Shown here piece after piece: positions 27,110 to 58,135 of a DNA stretch of 64,000 nt (its first letter is position 1; each line of letters opens with the position of its first letter). Location of the stretch: the NCBI GenBank assembly GCA_002269645.1, contig NIVC01002850.1, forward strand, positions 1 through 64,000, given 5' to 3'. The notes below the pieces were generated by a model, which was not told where the DNA came from, did not search any database, and saw nothing but the letters and a program-made list of their open reading frames with translations. The translations under genes and the position numbers were made by a program. The stretch comes from Macrostomum lignano. Taxonomy: Eukaryota.

Positions 27110-27333
27110 GCTCTCCTCACTCAGTCATTGGCTCAGCCTCTCTGCTCCTCTCACTCAGCCATTGAATCAGCCTCTCCGCTCTCTCTCTCTCTCACTCAGT
27201 CATTGAATCAGCCTCTCCGCTTTCTCTCTCTCACTCAGTCATTGAATCAGCCTCTCTGCTCCTCTCACTCAGCCATTGAATCAGCCTCTCCGCTCTCTCT
27301 CTCTCTCTCACTCAGCCATTGAATCAGCCTCTC

Positions 27334-27422
<89 letters not shown>

Positions 27423-27495
27423 AGCCATTGAATCAGCCTCTCAGCTCTCTCTCTCTGTCTCTCTCTCTCACTCAGTCATTGAATCCGCCTCTCTG
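27110..27495. repeat. Second locus of the 34-bp tcattgaatcagcctctccgct family with expanded (CT)n
   Basis: Same core and orientation as 17365-22460. Confidence 0.9.
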
Positions 27496-28279
27496 CTCTT
27501 CAATACTCCGGCACTGAGGAAGAATCTGTTCCCCCATCAAATCGCTATAAAAGCGAGTCCCAAGTTTCATATTTTCAAAACTAGCATCCCCTGTGTACCC
27601 TAGTTGATTTCTGAAGCAGTGGAACTGATATAAAAATATCCATAGCTATAAGCCAGTGCAATAGGCGCACTGTTTAAGAAAACTTCAACTCTCTTCTCCT
27701 ATATGAAACTTTCCCTCCGAAGTGTATCTATAGATGAAGATGCTTATAATAAAACAGAAGACCGGCAGACAAGTGTGACCAGTAGGACGGGAAAACAGGA
27801 GGAAAGGACACACGCACACACACTCAGCCAATACTGGCAGCAGTTCTGACGCGGCACAGTCTCTTGAGAACATGGGGAAGTGGCTGATGTAGCCACTATT
27901 TGGCTGTCTGAATTCTACACCTCCTCTCTGGGGACCGTTGCCCCCCCCCCCCAGAGAAATACGGTCGTTTCTCCAGTGTTCTGCTTCTCAACTCCCCGGC
28001 AACCGAAGTCAGCTGGCTTTTCTTCTGGGCTAAGGAGAAAATGTTTTTTTTCCCGAGTAACTATAGTATTAGTTTGAGGAAATAACTTCTTTTGGGCTAG
28101 TTTTTTCTGCATTTGTTTTAATTAACTATAGGTGGTACAATTTGAATTTCAATTAAATAGTTCGTCATTTGATTCAGTTATGCTAATTATCTACATATAT
28201 GTATAAATTATTATTTTCTCAATAACCCAAAGTGGCAATATTGTAATTTAGTAACAATTTGTAAAAAATCACTAAAAAG

Positions 28280-28950
28280 TCTAAGAAAAGAAATGGCGGT
28301 CCATGAACAGTCCAAAATGAAAAGAAATGGCGGTCCCTGAACAATCCAAAACAAAGAGAAATCGCGGTCCCTGAACAGTCCAAAATGAAAAGAAATCGCG
28401 GTCCCTGAACAGTCCAAAACAAAGAGAAATGATGGTCCATGAACAATCCAAAACAAAGAGAAATCGCGGTCCCTGAACAGTCCAAAGCGAAGAAAAATCG
28501 CGGTCCCTGAACAGTCTAGAACAAAGAGAATTGCGGTCCCTCAACAGTCCAAAACGAAGAGAAATAGCGATCCTTGAACAGTCCAAAATGAAGAGAAATG
28601 GCGGTCCCTGAACAGTCCAAAACGAAGAGAAATGGCGGTCCATGACAGTCTGAAACGGAGAGAAATCGCGGTCCCTCAACAGTCCAAAACGAAGAGAAAT
28701 AGCGGTCCTTGAACAGTCCAAAATGAAAAGAAATGGCGGTCCCTGAACAGTCCAAAATGAAAAGAAATGGTGGTCCCTGAACAGTCCAAAATGAAAAGAA
28801 ATAGCGGTCCTTGAACAGTCCAAAACAAAGAGAAATGATGGTCCATGAACAAATCCAAAACAAAGAGAAATCGCGGTCCCTGAACAGTCCAAAACGAAGA
28901 GAAATAGCGGTCCTTGAACAGTCCAAAACCAAGAGAAACAGCGGTCCTTG
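28280..28950. repeat. 34-bp minisatellite (ccctgaacagtccaaaatgaaaagaaatggcggt)
   Basis: About 19 diverged copies. Confidence 0.93.
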
Positions 28951-29009
28951 AAAAACCTGAGCATACGAGGAATCAACTCCATTTTAAATTCCTCTCCTCG
29001 CCTTTGCAG

Positions 29010-44003
<14,994 letters not shown>

Positions 44004-44059
44004 CATTTATTCAGTACTTACTTCAGTTCAAATATCTGATAGACTGGCTGAGTCTGTGA

Positions 44060-45870
44060 GTTCGTCTAATGCCAGTCTGTAAGTCTGTCTAATGCCAGTC
44101 TGTAAGTCTGTCTAATGTGAGTCTGTAAGTCTGTCTAATGTGAGTTTGTAAGTCTGTCGAATGTGAGTCTGTAAGTCTGTCTAATGCCAGTCTGTAAGTC
44201 TGTCTAATGTCAGTCTGTAAGTCTGTCTAATGTCAGTCTGTAAGTCTGTCTAATGTGAGTCTGTAAGTCTGTCTAATGTGAGTTTGTATGATGTCAGTCT
44301 GTAAGTCTGTCTAATGTCAGTCTGTAAGTCTGTCTAATGTGAGTCTGTAAGTCTGTCTAATGTGAGTTTGTCTGATGTCAGTCTGTAAGTCTGTCTAATG
44401 TCAGTCTGTAAGTGTGTCTAATGTGAGTTTGTCTAATGTCAGTCTGTAAGTCTGTCTAATGTCAGTCTGTAAGTGTGTCTAATGTGAGTTTGTCTAATGT
44501 CAGTCTGTAAGTCTGTCTAATGTCAGTCTGTAAGTCTGTCTAATGTCAGTCTGTAAGTGTGTCTAATGTGAGTTTGTCTAATGTCAGTCTGTAAGTCTGT
44601 CTAATGTCAGTCTGTAAGTGTGTCTAATGTGAGTTTGTCTAATGTCAGTCTGTAAGTCTGTCTAATGTCAGTCTGTAAGTCTGTCTAATGTCAGTCTGTA
44701 AGTGTGTCTAATGTGAGTTTGTCTAATGTCAGTCTGTAAGTCTGTCTAATGTCAGTCTGTAAGTCTGTCTAATGTCAGTTTGTCTAATGTCAGTCTGTAA
44801 GTCTGTCTAATTCCAGTCTGTAAGTCTGTCTAATGTCAGTCTGTAAGTCTGTCTAATGTCAGTCTGTAAGTCTGTCTAATGTGAGTCTGTAAGTCTGTCT
44901 AATGCCAGTCTGTAAGTGTGACTAATGCCAGTCTGTAAGTCTGTCTAATGTGAGTCTGTAAGTCTGTCTAATGTCAGTTTGTCTAATTTCAGTCTGTAAG
45001 TCTGTAAGTCTGTCAGTTTGTCTAATGTCAGTCTGTAAGTCTGTCTAATGTGAGTCTGTAAGTCTGTCTAATGTCAGTCTGTAAGTCTGTCTAATGCCAG
45101 TCTGTAAGTCTGTCTAATGTGAGTCTGTAAGTCTGTCTAATGCCAGTCTGTAAGTGTGACTAATGCCAGTCTGTGAGTCTGTCTAATGTGAGTCTGTAAG
45201 TCTGTCTAATGTCAGTTTGTCTAATTTCAGTCTGTAAGTCTGTAAGTCTGTCAGTTTGTCTAATGTCAGTTTGTCTAATTTCAGTCTGTAAGTCTGTAAG
45301 TCTGTCAGTTTGTCTAATGTCAGTCTGTAAGTCTGTCTAATGTCAGTCTGTAAGTCTGTCTAATGTCAGTCTAATGCCAGTCTGTAAGTGTGTCTAATGC
45401 CAGTCTGTAAGTGTGTCTAATGCCAGTCTGTAAGTGTGTCTAATGCCAGTCTGTAAGTCTGTCTAATGCCAGTCTGTAAGTGTGTCTAATGCCAGTCTGT
45501 CTAATTTCAGTCTGTAAGTCTGTCTAATGTCAGTCTGTAAGTCTGTCTAATGTCAGTCTGTAAGTCTGTCTAATGTGAGTTTGTCTGATGTCAGTCTGTA
45601 AGTCTGTCTAATGCCAGTCTGTGTGTCTAATGTGAGTTTGTCTGATGTCAGTCTGTAAGTCTGTCTAATGTCAGTTTGTCTAATGTCAGTCTGTAAGTCT
45701 GTCTAATGCCAGTCTGCAAGTGTGTCTAATGCCAGTCTGTCTAATGTCAGTCTGTAAGTCTGTCTAATGTCAGTCTGTAAGTCTGTCTAATGTCAGTCTG
45801 TAAGTCTGTCTAATGTGAGTTTGTCTGATGTCAGTCTGTAAGTCTGTCTAATGCCAGTCTGTCTAATGTC
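44060..45870. repeat. 23-bp minisatellite (gtctgtaagtctgtctaatgtca)
   Basis: Direct; begins ~60 bp after the stop at 44003. Confidence 0.96.
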
Positions 45871-46816
45871 TGTCCAAGGACATCTATCTCTATCTAACAT
45901 GACAATCAACCAATGACCCTCTGCTTAAGGAGACCACAGTCTATCTTATAATAAAATACATGTATGTCTACACTACTGAATGGCAGTGGATGTGTAATAT
46001 AATGTACATTATCTCGTGACAGTTAACAAAACCATAAATATTCAAAAGCGTACGTGCCATTCCGAATAAAATGCTACTAATAAACAACTCTCATTTCTAT
46101 AACTGTTGGATTTATGATACATAAAAAGCTTCTTTATAAAAACATAGAGGTTAAATTTAACGAATGTTAATAAATTCCTATAGTTTCCTCTCTGCACAGT
46201 ATTCTTCCTCTAATTGTGTTAATTTTTACATATACCTTTTTTACTAATCGTGAATGTTTTTCCTTGTAAATCACTCTTAATGATGCAGACAATAAAAAGT
46301 ACAATTAACTTAGCCACTGTCTCACAATGACAAAAATTGACTAAAATCAAATCGCTTCACTTATATATATTTGATCCATCGGGGGTTTGTGTTTAACAAA
46401 ATATTATATTAAATTAATTAAGGCCAATAGAAGATTTATTGAATTAAATTATGTTGAATTTTAAAAAAAATCATTCATGATCCAGGTGAGTAGTTGAAAA
46501 GTAATAACTAGCGCGCATATTATCAAACAAACCTAATTTATTAAATCTAATTAAACCTAACTAACACACAAGCACACACTGGGATACATTTTAGGTAGAT
46601 TTTTAGCAAACAAGATATGCTAATCAGGTGTCGGTGGGAATATTAATAATCTTTTCACGGACTGCAAACATTAGAGAATTAAATTCAAGGGACAAATTGG
46701 GGCATGAGAATTGGGGGATTGGAAGTTCAGAGATCCTACTTATTCAATTTAATCCAACTTAATCCTTTTCCTCTTTAGTATATTCAGTCATAGCCAACAA
46801 CTGCCAAGGCGCTGGT

Positions 46817-51289
<4,473 letters not shown>

Positions 51290-51445
51290 TTTTCTATAGG
51301 AATTATGGTTTTTGTTCACTTCACTGTATTCTTGTGCTAGTGCTGTGTGGAGTTGGAGTTGCTAGGCAAACAAATCTCAAATTAAATCATAAATCATTAA
51401 AGTTTAGCAGGTACATGTTAAATAGTTTCTATGAAAGTATGCATA

Positions 51446-51614
51446 CATGCGCAACCTTGGGAATCACCCGGCCGTTTCTATTGGCAACACACACATGTAA
51501 GTCGCTATAGGCTGAGAGCAGTTACGTGACTTACTATTCCGTCCAAAAGCGACTTACATGTGTGTGTTGCCAATAGAAACGGCCGGGTGATTCCCAAGGT
51601 TGCGCCCAAGCATG
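51446..51614. mobile_element. Palindromic MITE-like element, copy 2 (about 160 bp upstream of the IDH2 ATG)
   Basis: Same arms and loop as 49383-49550; CATG ends. Confidence 0.85.
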
Positions 51615-51716
51615 AAAGTATGACTAATTATTGCAACTAATTAGTCAAAAATTTCCAGGTCTTTTATAAAACCCATGGCTAGGCCTATTGTACACATTTT
51701 TGCAATTATGCATTAA

Positions 51717-53495
51717 CAGTAGGAATGCCAAGCCATTTTTCCGCCCGTCGAACTACCAAGAGGGGGGGGGGAAATTCCCCCCCCCTGACAATTTTTTTGC
51801 TGCGCCGGAACGGAGCAACGCAGGCACACGAAATTCAAGAACACGGGCTAACTTTTTGTTGCGCACCTTCTCAAACAAGAATCAAGTCGCCAGCCCTCCA
51901 GACCGTCGAGATATTCGACGATTCTGCCAGAAGGTCGGATTTTTCCCATAAGCGCTAGTGTATTCAGTACACCCCTGTGCGCCAATCAGCACTGCGCCTC
52001 AGTGCAGCCTTGCCAAGTCTCCAAATTTCATCAGCACGTCGACCACATGTGTCTGCATCAGTTCTGACTTCGTTGGTCACTAGCCTTCACCCAGGTGGAG
52101 CTTCTGGACCCTCAACAGCTGTGGCACCAGGTGACTATGGACACCCTGATGCGGATTTCTCTAGTTTCGCCGATCAAGTCTCGACAGTTGGCAAGCCTCA
52201 ACTTCTGAAAACCCTCAGCTAGTCTCTCGAGCCTTCAGTCATCACCCCGACGCCGTCGGCACCTTTAACAGATTACACCAGGTGACTATGGACACCCTAT
52301 GCTGATTTCTCTCGTTTCGCCGATCAAGCCTCGACAGAGGGCAAGAATCAACCGTCAGACATTCTCAGCTAGTCTCTCAAGCATTCCGTCATCATCCCGA
52401 CGCCGTCGGCTCCTTCAACAGATTACACCAGGTGACTATGGACAGCCTGATAAGAATCTCTCTAGTTTCGCTGATCAAGCCTCGACAGTGGGCAAAATCA
52501 AGTGCTGGACATCCTCAGCTAGTCAGTCAAGCATTCAGCCATCACGCCGACGCTGTCGAGGCTTGATCATGTTGCTGTATATGTATATTATTATTACACA
52601 TACTTTTATACATACGAGCTACATACATACTTTATTTGACAAGCTGTTTAGTTTATTGAACTATAATATAAGAACCCAATAATAATATAAATATACAGCA
52701 ACATGAGTTCAAGCTTAACTATAGCAATGTCCGTGCTTAAAAAATTTTGAGAGCTTCAAAATGTTAAGCGCATGATGAAAAATCACGCTCAGGTGTCCTT
52801 ACACACCTGGTGCCACCTGTTGAAGGTGCCGACGGCGTCGGGGTGATGACTGAAGGCTCAAGAAACTAGCTGAGAATGTCCGGCAGTTGAGGTTTGCCCA
52901 TCATTGAAGCTTGATAAGAAAAATCTGACATATTTGCAACAGGATGTCCATAGTCACCAGGTGTAATCTGTTGAAGGAGCCGACGGCGTCGGGGTGGTGA
53001 CGGAAGGCTAGAGAGACTAGCTGAGGGTTTTCAGAAGTTGAGGCTTGCCCACTGTCGAGGCTTGATCGGCGAAACTAGAGAAATCCGCATCAGGGTGTCC
53101 ATAGTCACCTGGTGCCACAGCTGTTGAGGGTCCAAAAGCTCCACCTGGGTGAAGGCTAGTGACCAACGAAGTCAGAACTGATGCAGACACATGTGGTCAA
53201 CGTGCTGATGAAATTTGGAGACTTGGCAAGGCTGCACTGAGGCGCAGTGCTGATTGGCGCACAGGGGTGTACTGAATACACTAGCGCTTATGGGAAAAAT
53301 CCGACCTTCTGGCAGAATCGTCGAATATCTCGACGGTCTGGAGGGCTGGCGACTTGATTCTTGTTTGAGAAGGTGTGCAACAAAAAGTGAGCCCATGTTC
53401 TTGAATTTCGTGTACCTGCGTTGCTCCGTTCTGGCGCAGCAAAAAAAATTGTCAAGGAGGGGAGAAATTCCCCCCTCCCCTTGGTAGTTCTACTG
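51717..53495. mobile_element. TTAA-flanked non-autonomous foldback DNA transposon (piggyBac-like), with long arms containing 150-bp subrepeats
   Basis: TTAA at 51713-16 and 53496-99. Termini CAGTAG..CTACTG. Arms ~51717-52560 and ~52790-53495 are reverse complements. Subterminal G-run/aaatt/C-run palindrome. caccaggtgactatggaca recurs at 52125, 52276, 52426. Confidence 0.8.
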
Positions 53496-54639
53496 TTAAT
53501 AAATTGTTCTATCATTAATATAACTAATTTTCCCTTATCTATCCTTTTTTAACTTTTATAGCTTGAAAATTTGGTTGCATCTACCAAGGATTACTAGACT
53601 ACCAATGACAATAACATTCTAATGTTTACTGACATCTATTTGTAGAATTATTTTCTTATAATTAGAAGGAATAAGTTATTATAAAGAAATCTTACTAAGG
53701 TTAATGTCTCATTTCAATAGTCTATACACTTATTTACATATTTTCTTATTACTTATATCTTAAGATATCTTAAGATATATTTAATGCTAAATTAAATGCT
53801 AATAGTTTAGGCTTTATCTTTCATAAGCAAACCAATTTTGAATGTTCTATTTGCATAGACTAAAAATATAAAACAAGTGAATAATTCTGGGTTTTTTTTT
53901 TCGCCAGAGACAAGGTGCGAAATCGCACTTTGTGCCAAATTTCAAGGTGCAATTTTAAGGCTCAGAGTGCAATTTCTCTTGAGTCTTGTTTCAGACAACT
54001 GGGAATGTATAGATATGTCTTATGTCTATACATCTTTGTACAAAGAATGCCTTGACCTCTTGTCTGTTATCTCGTCTTCAGATCGCTGCTTTGATAAATA
54101 GTAACATGATGAAAAATACTATAACAAAGAAGTTGCTACTTTGTATCAATTCTCCCATTTTTTCATTTCAGAATAAGCCTTCAGCTTGGAAAGCTTCGTG
54201 TTCAAGAGTTCTGGAGACAGGCTTCAACAGGCTGGCTTACCTACATCCATTCCTCTTGGATAACATGGAAGTGGGCCTGGTGGGACCAGAATTGGATTCA
54301 GCATAGCATAGATAAACAGCATATCATTATCAATTGGATTGACACAGCTCAAGCTGATTGAGTGGCAGATCTACTGTTACATTTTACACGCAATGCTGTG
54401 TTGCACAGTGCACTATTGAAAATATACTCTTACGCATTAAAAGAATGTTTTCCAGCTACATTTGCAAAGGAAAAGAAATAAAAAATGTAGAATTTACCAT
54501 CTAACAATTTTAACAGTCAATATTTTTCCTGCTATTCTGCCTTTTTATTTACCTAATGGATGTTGAATTTAATAAAAATTCTACTATACGTCTATGCGGT
54601 TTAAGGCGCTAGTAAATTATGTACGCAGCAAAACTCTAG

Positions 54640-54770
54640 CTAGCTATAGAGTAAATTCTAATGGAACAGTGCAAGTTCAAACAAAATTGGTCCAGCCATT
54701 TTTTCTCTAATCGATCACATAGATAGATAGATAGATAGACACAGACAGACCATTTTTAGTATATAGGATA
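54640..54770 (+). mobile_element. Possible Helitron/DINE-like 3' end remnant
   Basis: aaattggtccagcc..tttt, then short (AGAT)/(ACAG) run, then catttttagtatataggat; resembles invertebrate rolling-circle element tails (recalled pattern only). Confidence 0.3.
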
Positions 54771-56829
54771 TGTAGTCGTGGATGATAGATAGTTCCAATC
54801 CAACTACCAACACTGTGACAACTAGACTAAAAATGAAAGTTAAAGGTAAAAAGTCAAAGCATTCAAGAGATGGATGATGCTTTAATTTGCAAACCTTGAG
54901 TTGGAGTTAGAACTCCTGAAGATAATCGAAGAAATCGAAGCAAAAAGACTACTTTTCAAGGAATACATGATCATTGAGCAGAGTCACTGACTCACTGCGT
55001 AGACAATTAGGGAGACACTAGCAATCTAGTGCCCACTTCGGTGCACCCAATAAGTAAGGGACAAAATTATTTACATAAATCCTATTTGCCTTGACTCCGA
55101 TGCAATTCTCCCCGAAAGCCTTGACATAGCCTTGACTTGCTTTTGCTGAATACTAATTTAGCTTTTGTATTGTTTTTGTTTGCATTTAAATAAACATATA
55201 TATTGGGTATGTATTATATATTATGTGAATTATTGATTACATATTAAATATCACTTAAAAAACAATCTAAAAATAAAAATAAAAATATTATAGACTAAAC
55301 AAGGCTATATGTATATCAAATCTGGCATTAAAACAATTAAAGACATTATTATTAATACATAAAGACATTCTATGTCTAGTTTAATAAAAGGTTTTTAGAT
55401 TATAACAATATATGATAGATTAGTTTGTAGTTGATTTGTTATATTATTATTATTATATTAAAATATACTAAAAATACTAATACTTTTTTGTCCAAGTCTA
55501 CTTTAATTTACTATAAGCCATAGCCCATAACTATACTATATACATACTCAAAGTATATAATATATAATAATCTATCTATTAGTATAAATATTAGTATGTA
55601 TGTATACTATTAGTATTATAAATTATTGTACATACATAGGCCTAGCATAGACATAATATAGTACAGTTAAATAGTAATTTAAATATATTTTTTTTAATTT
55701 TACTGTTACAATTATTTTACAATAATTTTATATAATATAATTGTAAATAATTACTTATACTAAAAAAAAAATAAAGTAAATGTAATTTGGCCCTATTGCC
55801 TACTCAAACATTTTTGTAATAGAAGCTCACTCGCCTTACTGATTATGTTATCTAGACTCTAACAGCCTTTTTGACTTATAATTTATCATTGATAACTTTA
55901 ACTTATAACTACCTACTACACAAACAATAGAAATTGGCATTAGTCCTTATAGATAGTCTATATCTATTGATTTTATATATCTATTCTAGGCCTATTGATT
56001 ATCTATGAGTCTATGACTATGATTTAATTGTATATATAAGCCTTAGGCTATTAGATTATGAATATGATAAATTTTATGAACTTGAATTTAATACTTTACT
56101 TCAGTAGAGCTTATGATTAGATAGACCTTTAGATTCTTATAATTTGCATTTGTATTATATCTATAGATTATATATACAAGTACAACTAAATAAACACAAG
56201 GCTACCACTTAACTCATACTTAACATTCTAAGAAAGAGTGAAGACTCTGAAGAGTCAAGAGTGAAGATGTCAAAATAAAAAAGTTGAAGTTTATACTAAT
56301 ATACTAGATAAATTAAAATTATCATCATTCATCATTGATTAAAAAGACCAAATTTAATGTGATCAAAGATCAAATGATTTTTATATAACTTTTCATATAT
56401 TATAAATATAATATCTTACAGACCGCACCTAAACCGCACCTACTTTTTTAATTTTAGGGTGCGATTTTAAAATTTAGGGTGCATACGCACACTCTGCGCA
56501 CAAAAAAAAACCCTGGAATAATTGTATAGATAACAATATACTAGTAGCTAAATTGTTTGTTATAGTTCAGTTGCAACATTATTATAATATAAAGGTAGGC
56601 TAAATAATATAAATATAGGGGGGCCTACTATAAAATTAAACATTGTAATAGTATGACTAGGAATTAAATTCTAGAACATATCTCTACAACATTTGAATAC
56701 ATTCCTAGAATCCTAGCAATGCATTTCTACAATAGATTAGTCTGGCTCTTGCACATTTAAGGCACAATTGCATGAAAACGTATCTCTATGGTAAAAAACT
56801 TAGCCCAGTAGTAGAAATGGAAGAATTTA

Positions 56830-57580
56830 TATTGCTAGGTGCATTTTGACACACAAACAGCCCCTCATTGTTCAGCTGGCAAATCAACTCAAAGAAGTTG
56901 GATGAGCATTGGTGGGCACACATGTAAGTTAATTGTCCTGATGCCTGATAGTCAGCCTATAAACAGACAAGTTATCAATGGTCCATGCTGAGCTTATGAG
57001 CCAAGAGGACTAGATAGTAGATACAGTCACACAGTTCCACCAGGCAATTTTCTGTGGCCAGAACATTGGTCTACAAGCTGTAAGTGTTGGCAATCACATC
57101 TCAAGGAAGAAATAACAGTGCTATCAACTGGCAGCAAAGGTTGGTGCCATGGGCTGTACTCCAACTATATGGCCTTCCCAAAGTCCACCACACAGCTGGA
57201 TGGGTTGACAGCTGGCACAAGCTCTTTCATTTTCTATAGGATGTGCTTCTAGAATCTAGTCCTTTGTCTTGCACTGCGACATAAAGGCAAAAAGCAGTGG
57301 CACCTACTTGAGCGGTACCATAGACAGACAAGTTATCAATGGTCCATGGTGAGCTTGTAATCCTTTGGGTTTGGCAATGAATGAATGCAATAAATCCCTA
57401 GCAGCTGGTGACTAATGTTGCAGTTCACAAAGTCAAAGGTGCCATTGATGTACAGGCAGCATGCCTGGCCCAAAAGCTGCAGCATGTTGGCTGTTACAAA
57501 GACAATGTGCTGGCACCTGCCATCATTGATGTTGCACTAGGCCTAGAGGAAGCCATTCTGAGTCATTCTGACTTATATTG
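56830..57580 (-). mobile_element. Fossil MULE (Mutator-like) transposase
   Basis: Frameshifted minus-strand peptides in the expected order: QHIVFVTANMLQLLGQACCLYINGTF (YxDGTF), HQLLGIYCIH, VPLLFAFMS, PSSCVVDFGKAI* (DFE.A), LIALLFLP, WTIDNLSVY, PNFFELICQL-like. Confidence 0.75.
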
Positions 57581-58135
57581 TACATTGTAGGCCTAAATAT
57601 TGTCATTATCGCATCATTGGTTACCGTGGAAATGTCAAAATGAGGACATAGCGAAATTACACCAGTAGGGGCCTAGGGCCTACCAATACCAGTACACATT
57701 TTGATTTTACCACCAACTTTAACAAAATCTAAGTAGGTAAAATATTAGGATTTTTATAGCAATAGTAAAAGGTTTCACGCAAGAAATAATAAAATAGTCA
57801 CAGAGTAATGCGAATTATAGTGAAATTTTGACAAAATGTAACTAAAAGGTCTAGACAGCACAGATAAAGGTTATTTTTTATGTCGAAATAGATATTTTGC
57901 TTTTTCTGTTATTGAATTTGGACGATTATTTAGTAAGCTAGTTATTGAATGTTTTCTGGCCTTACATTTTGTTTTTTGTATTTAAATATTTTGAAAAGGT
58001 GCGAAAACGTGTTTCGCACAATTTAAAGATATTGTTTCATAGAAATAGTTTGTTCAGATCATAAATATCTTGATTGGTTGTCTAAAAAAGTACGTGTTTA
58101 TGATTTAGCTAATTCTTTTTTTATTTTTATGAATA

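Noticed and set aside
53900-54340. Trp-rich open stretch after a strong acceptor-like site
   Set aside because: No donor, partner exons or recognisable homology
57480-57510. QHVGCYKD as a WSC-domain start
   Set aside because: No downstream WSC cysteines; the opposite strand is better explained as MULE transposase
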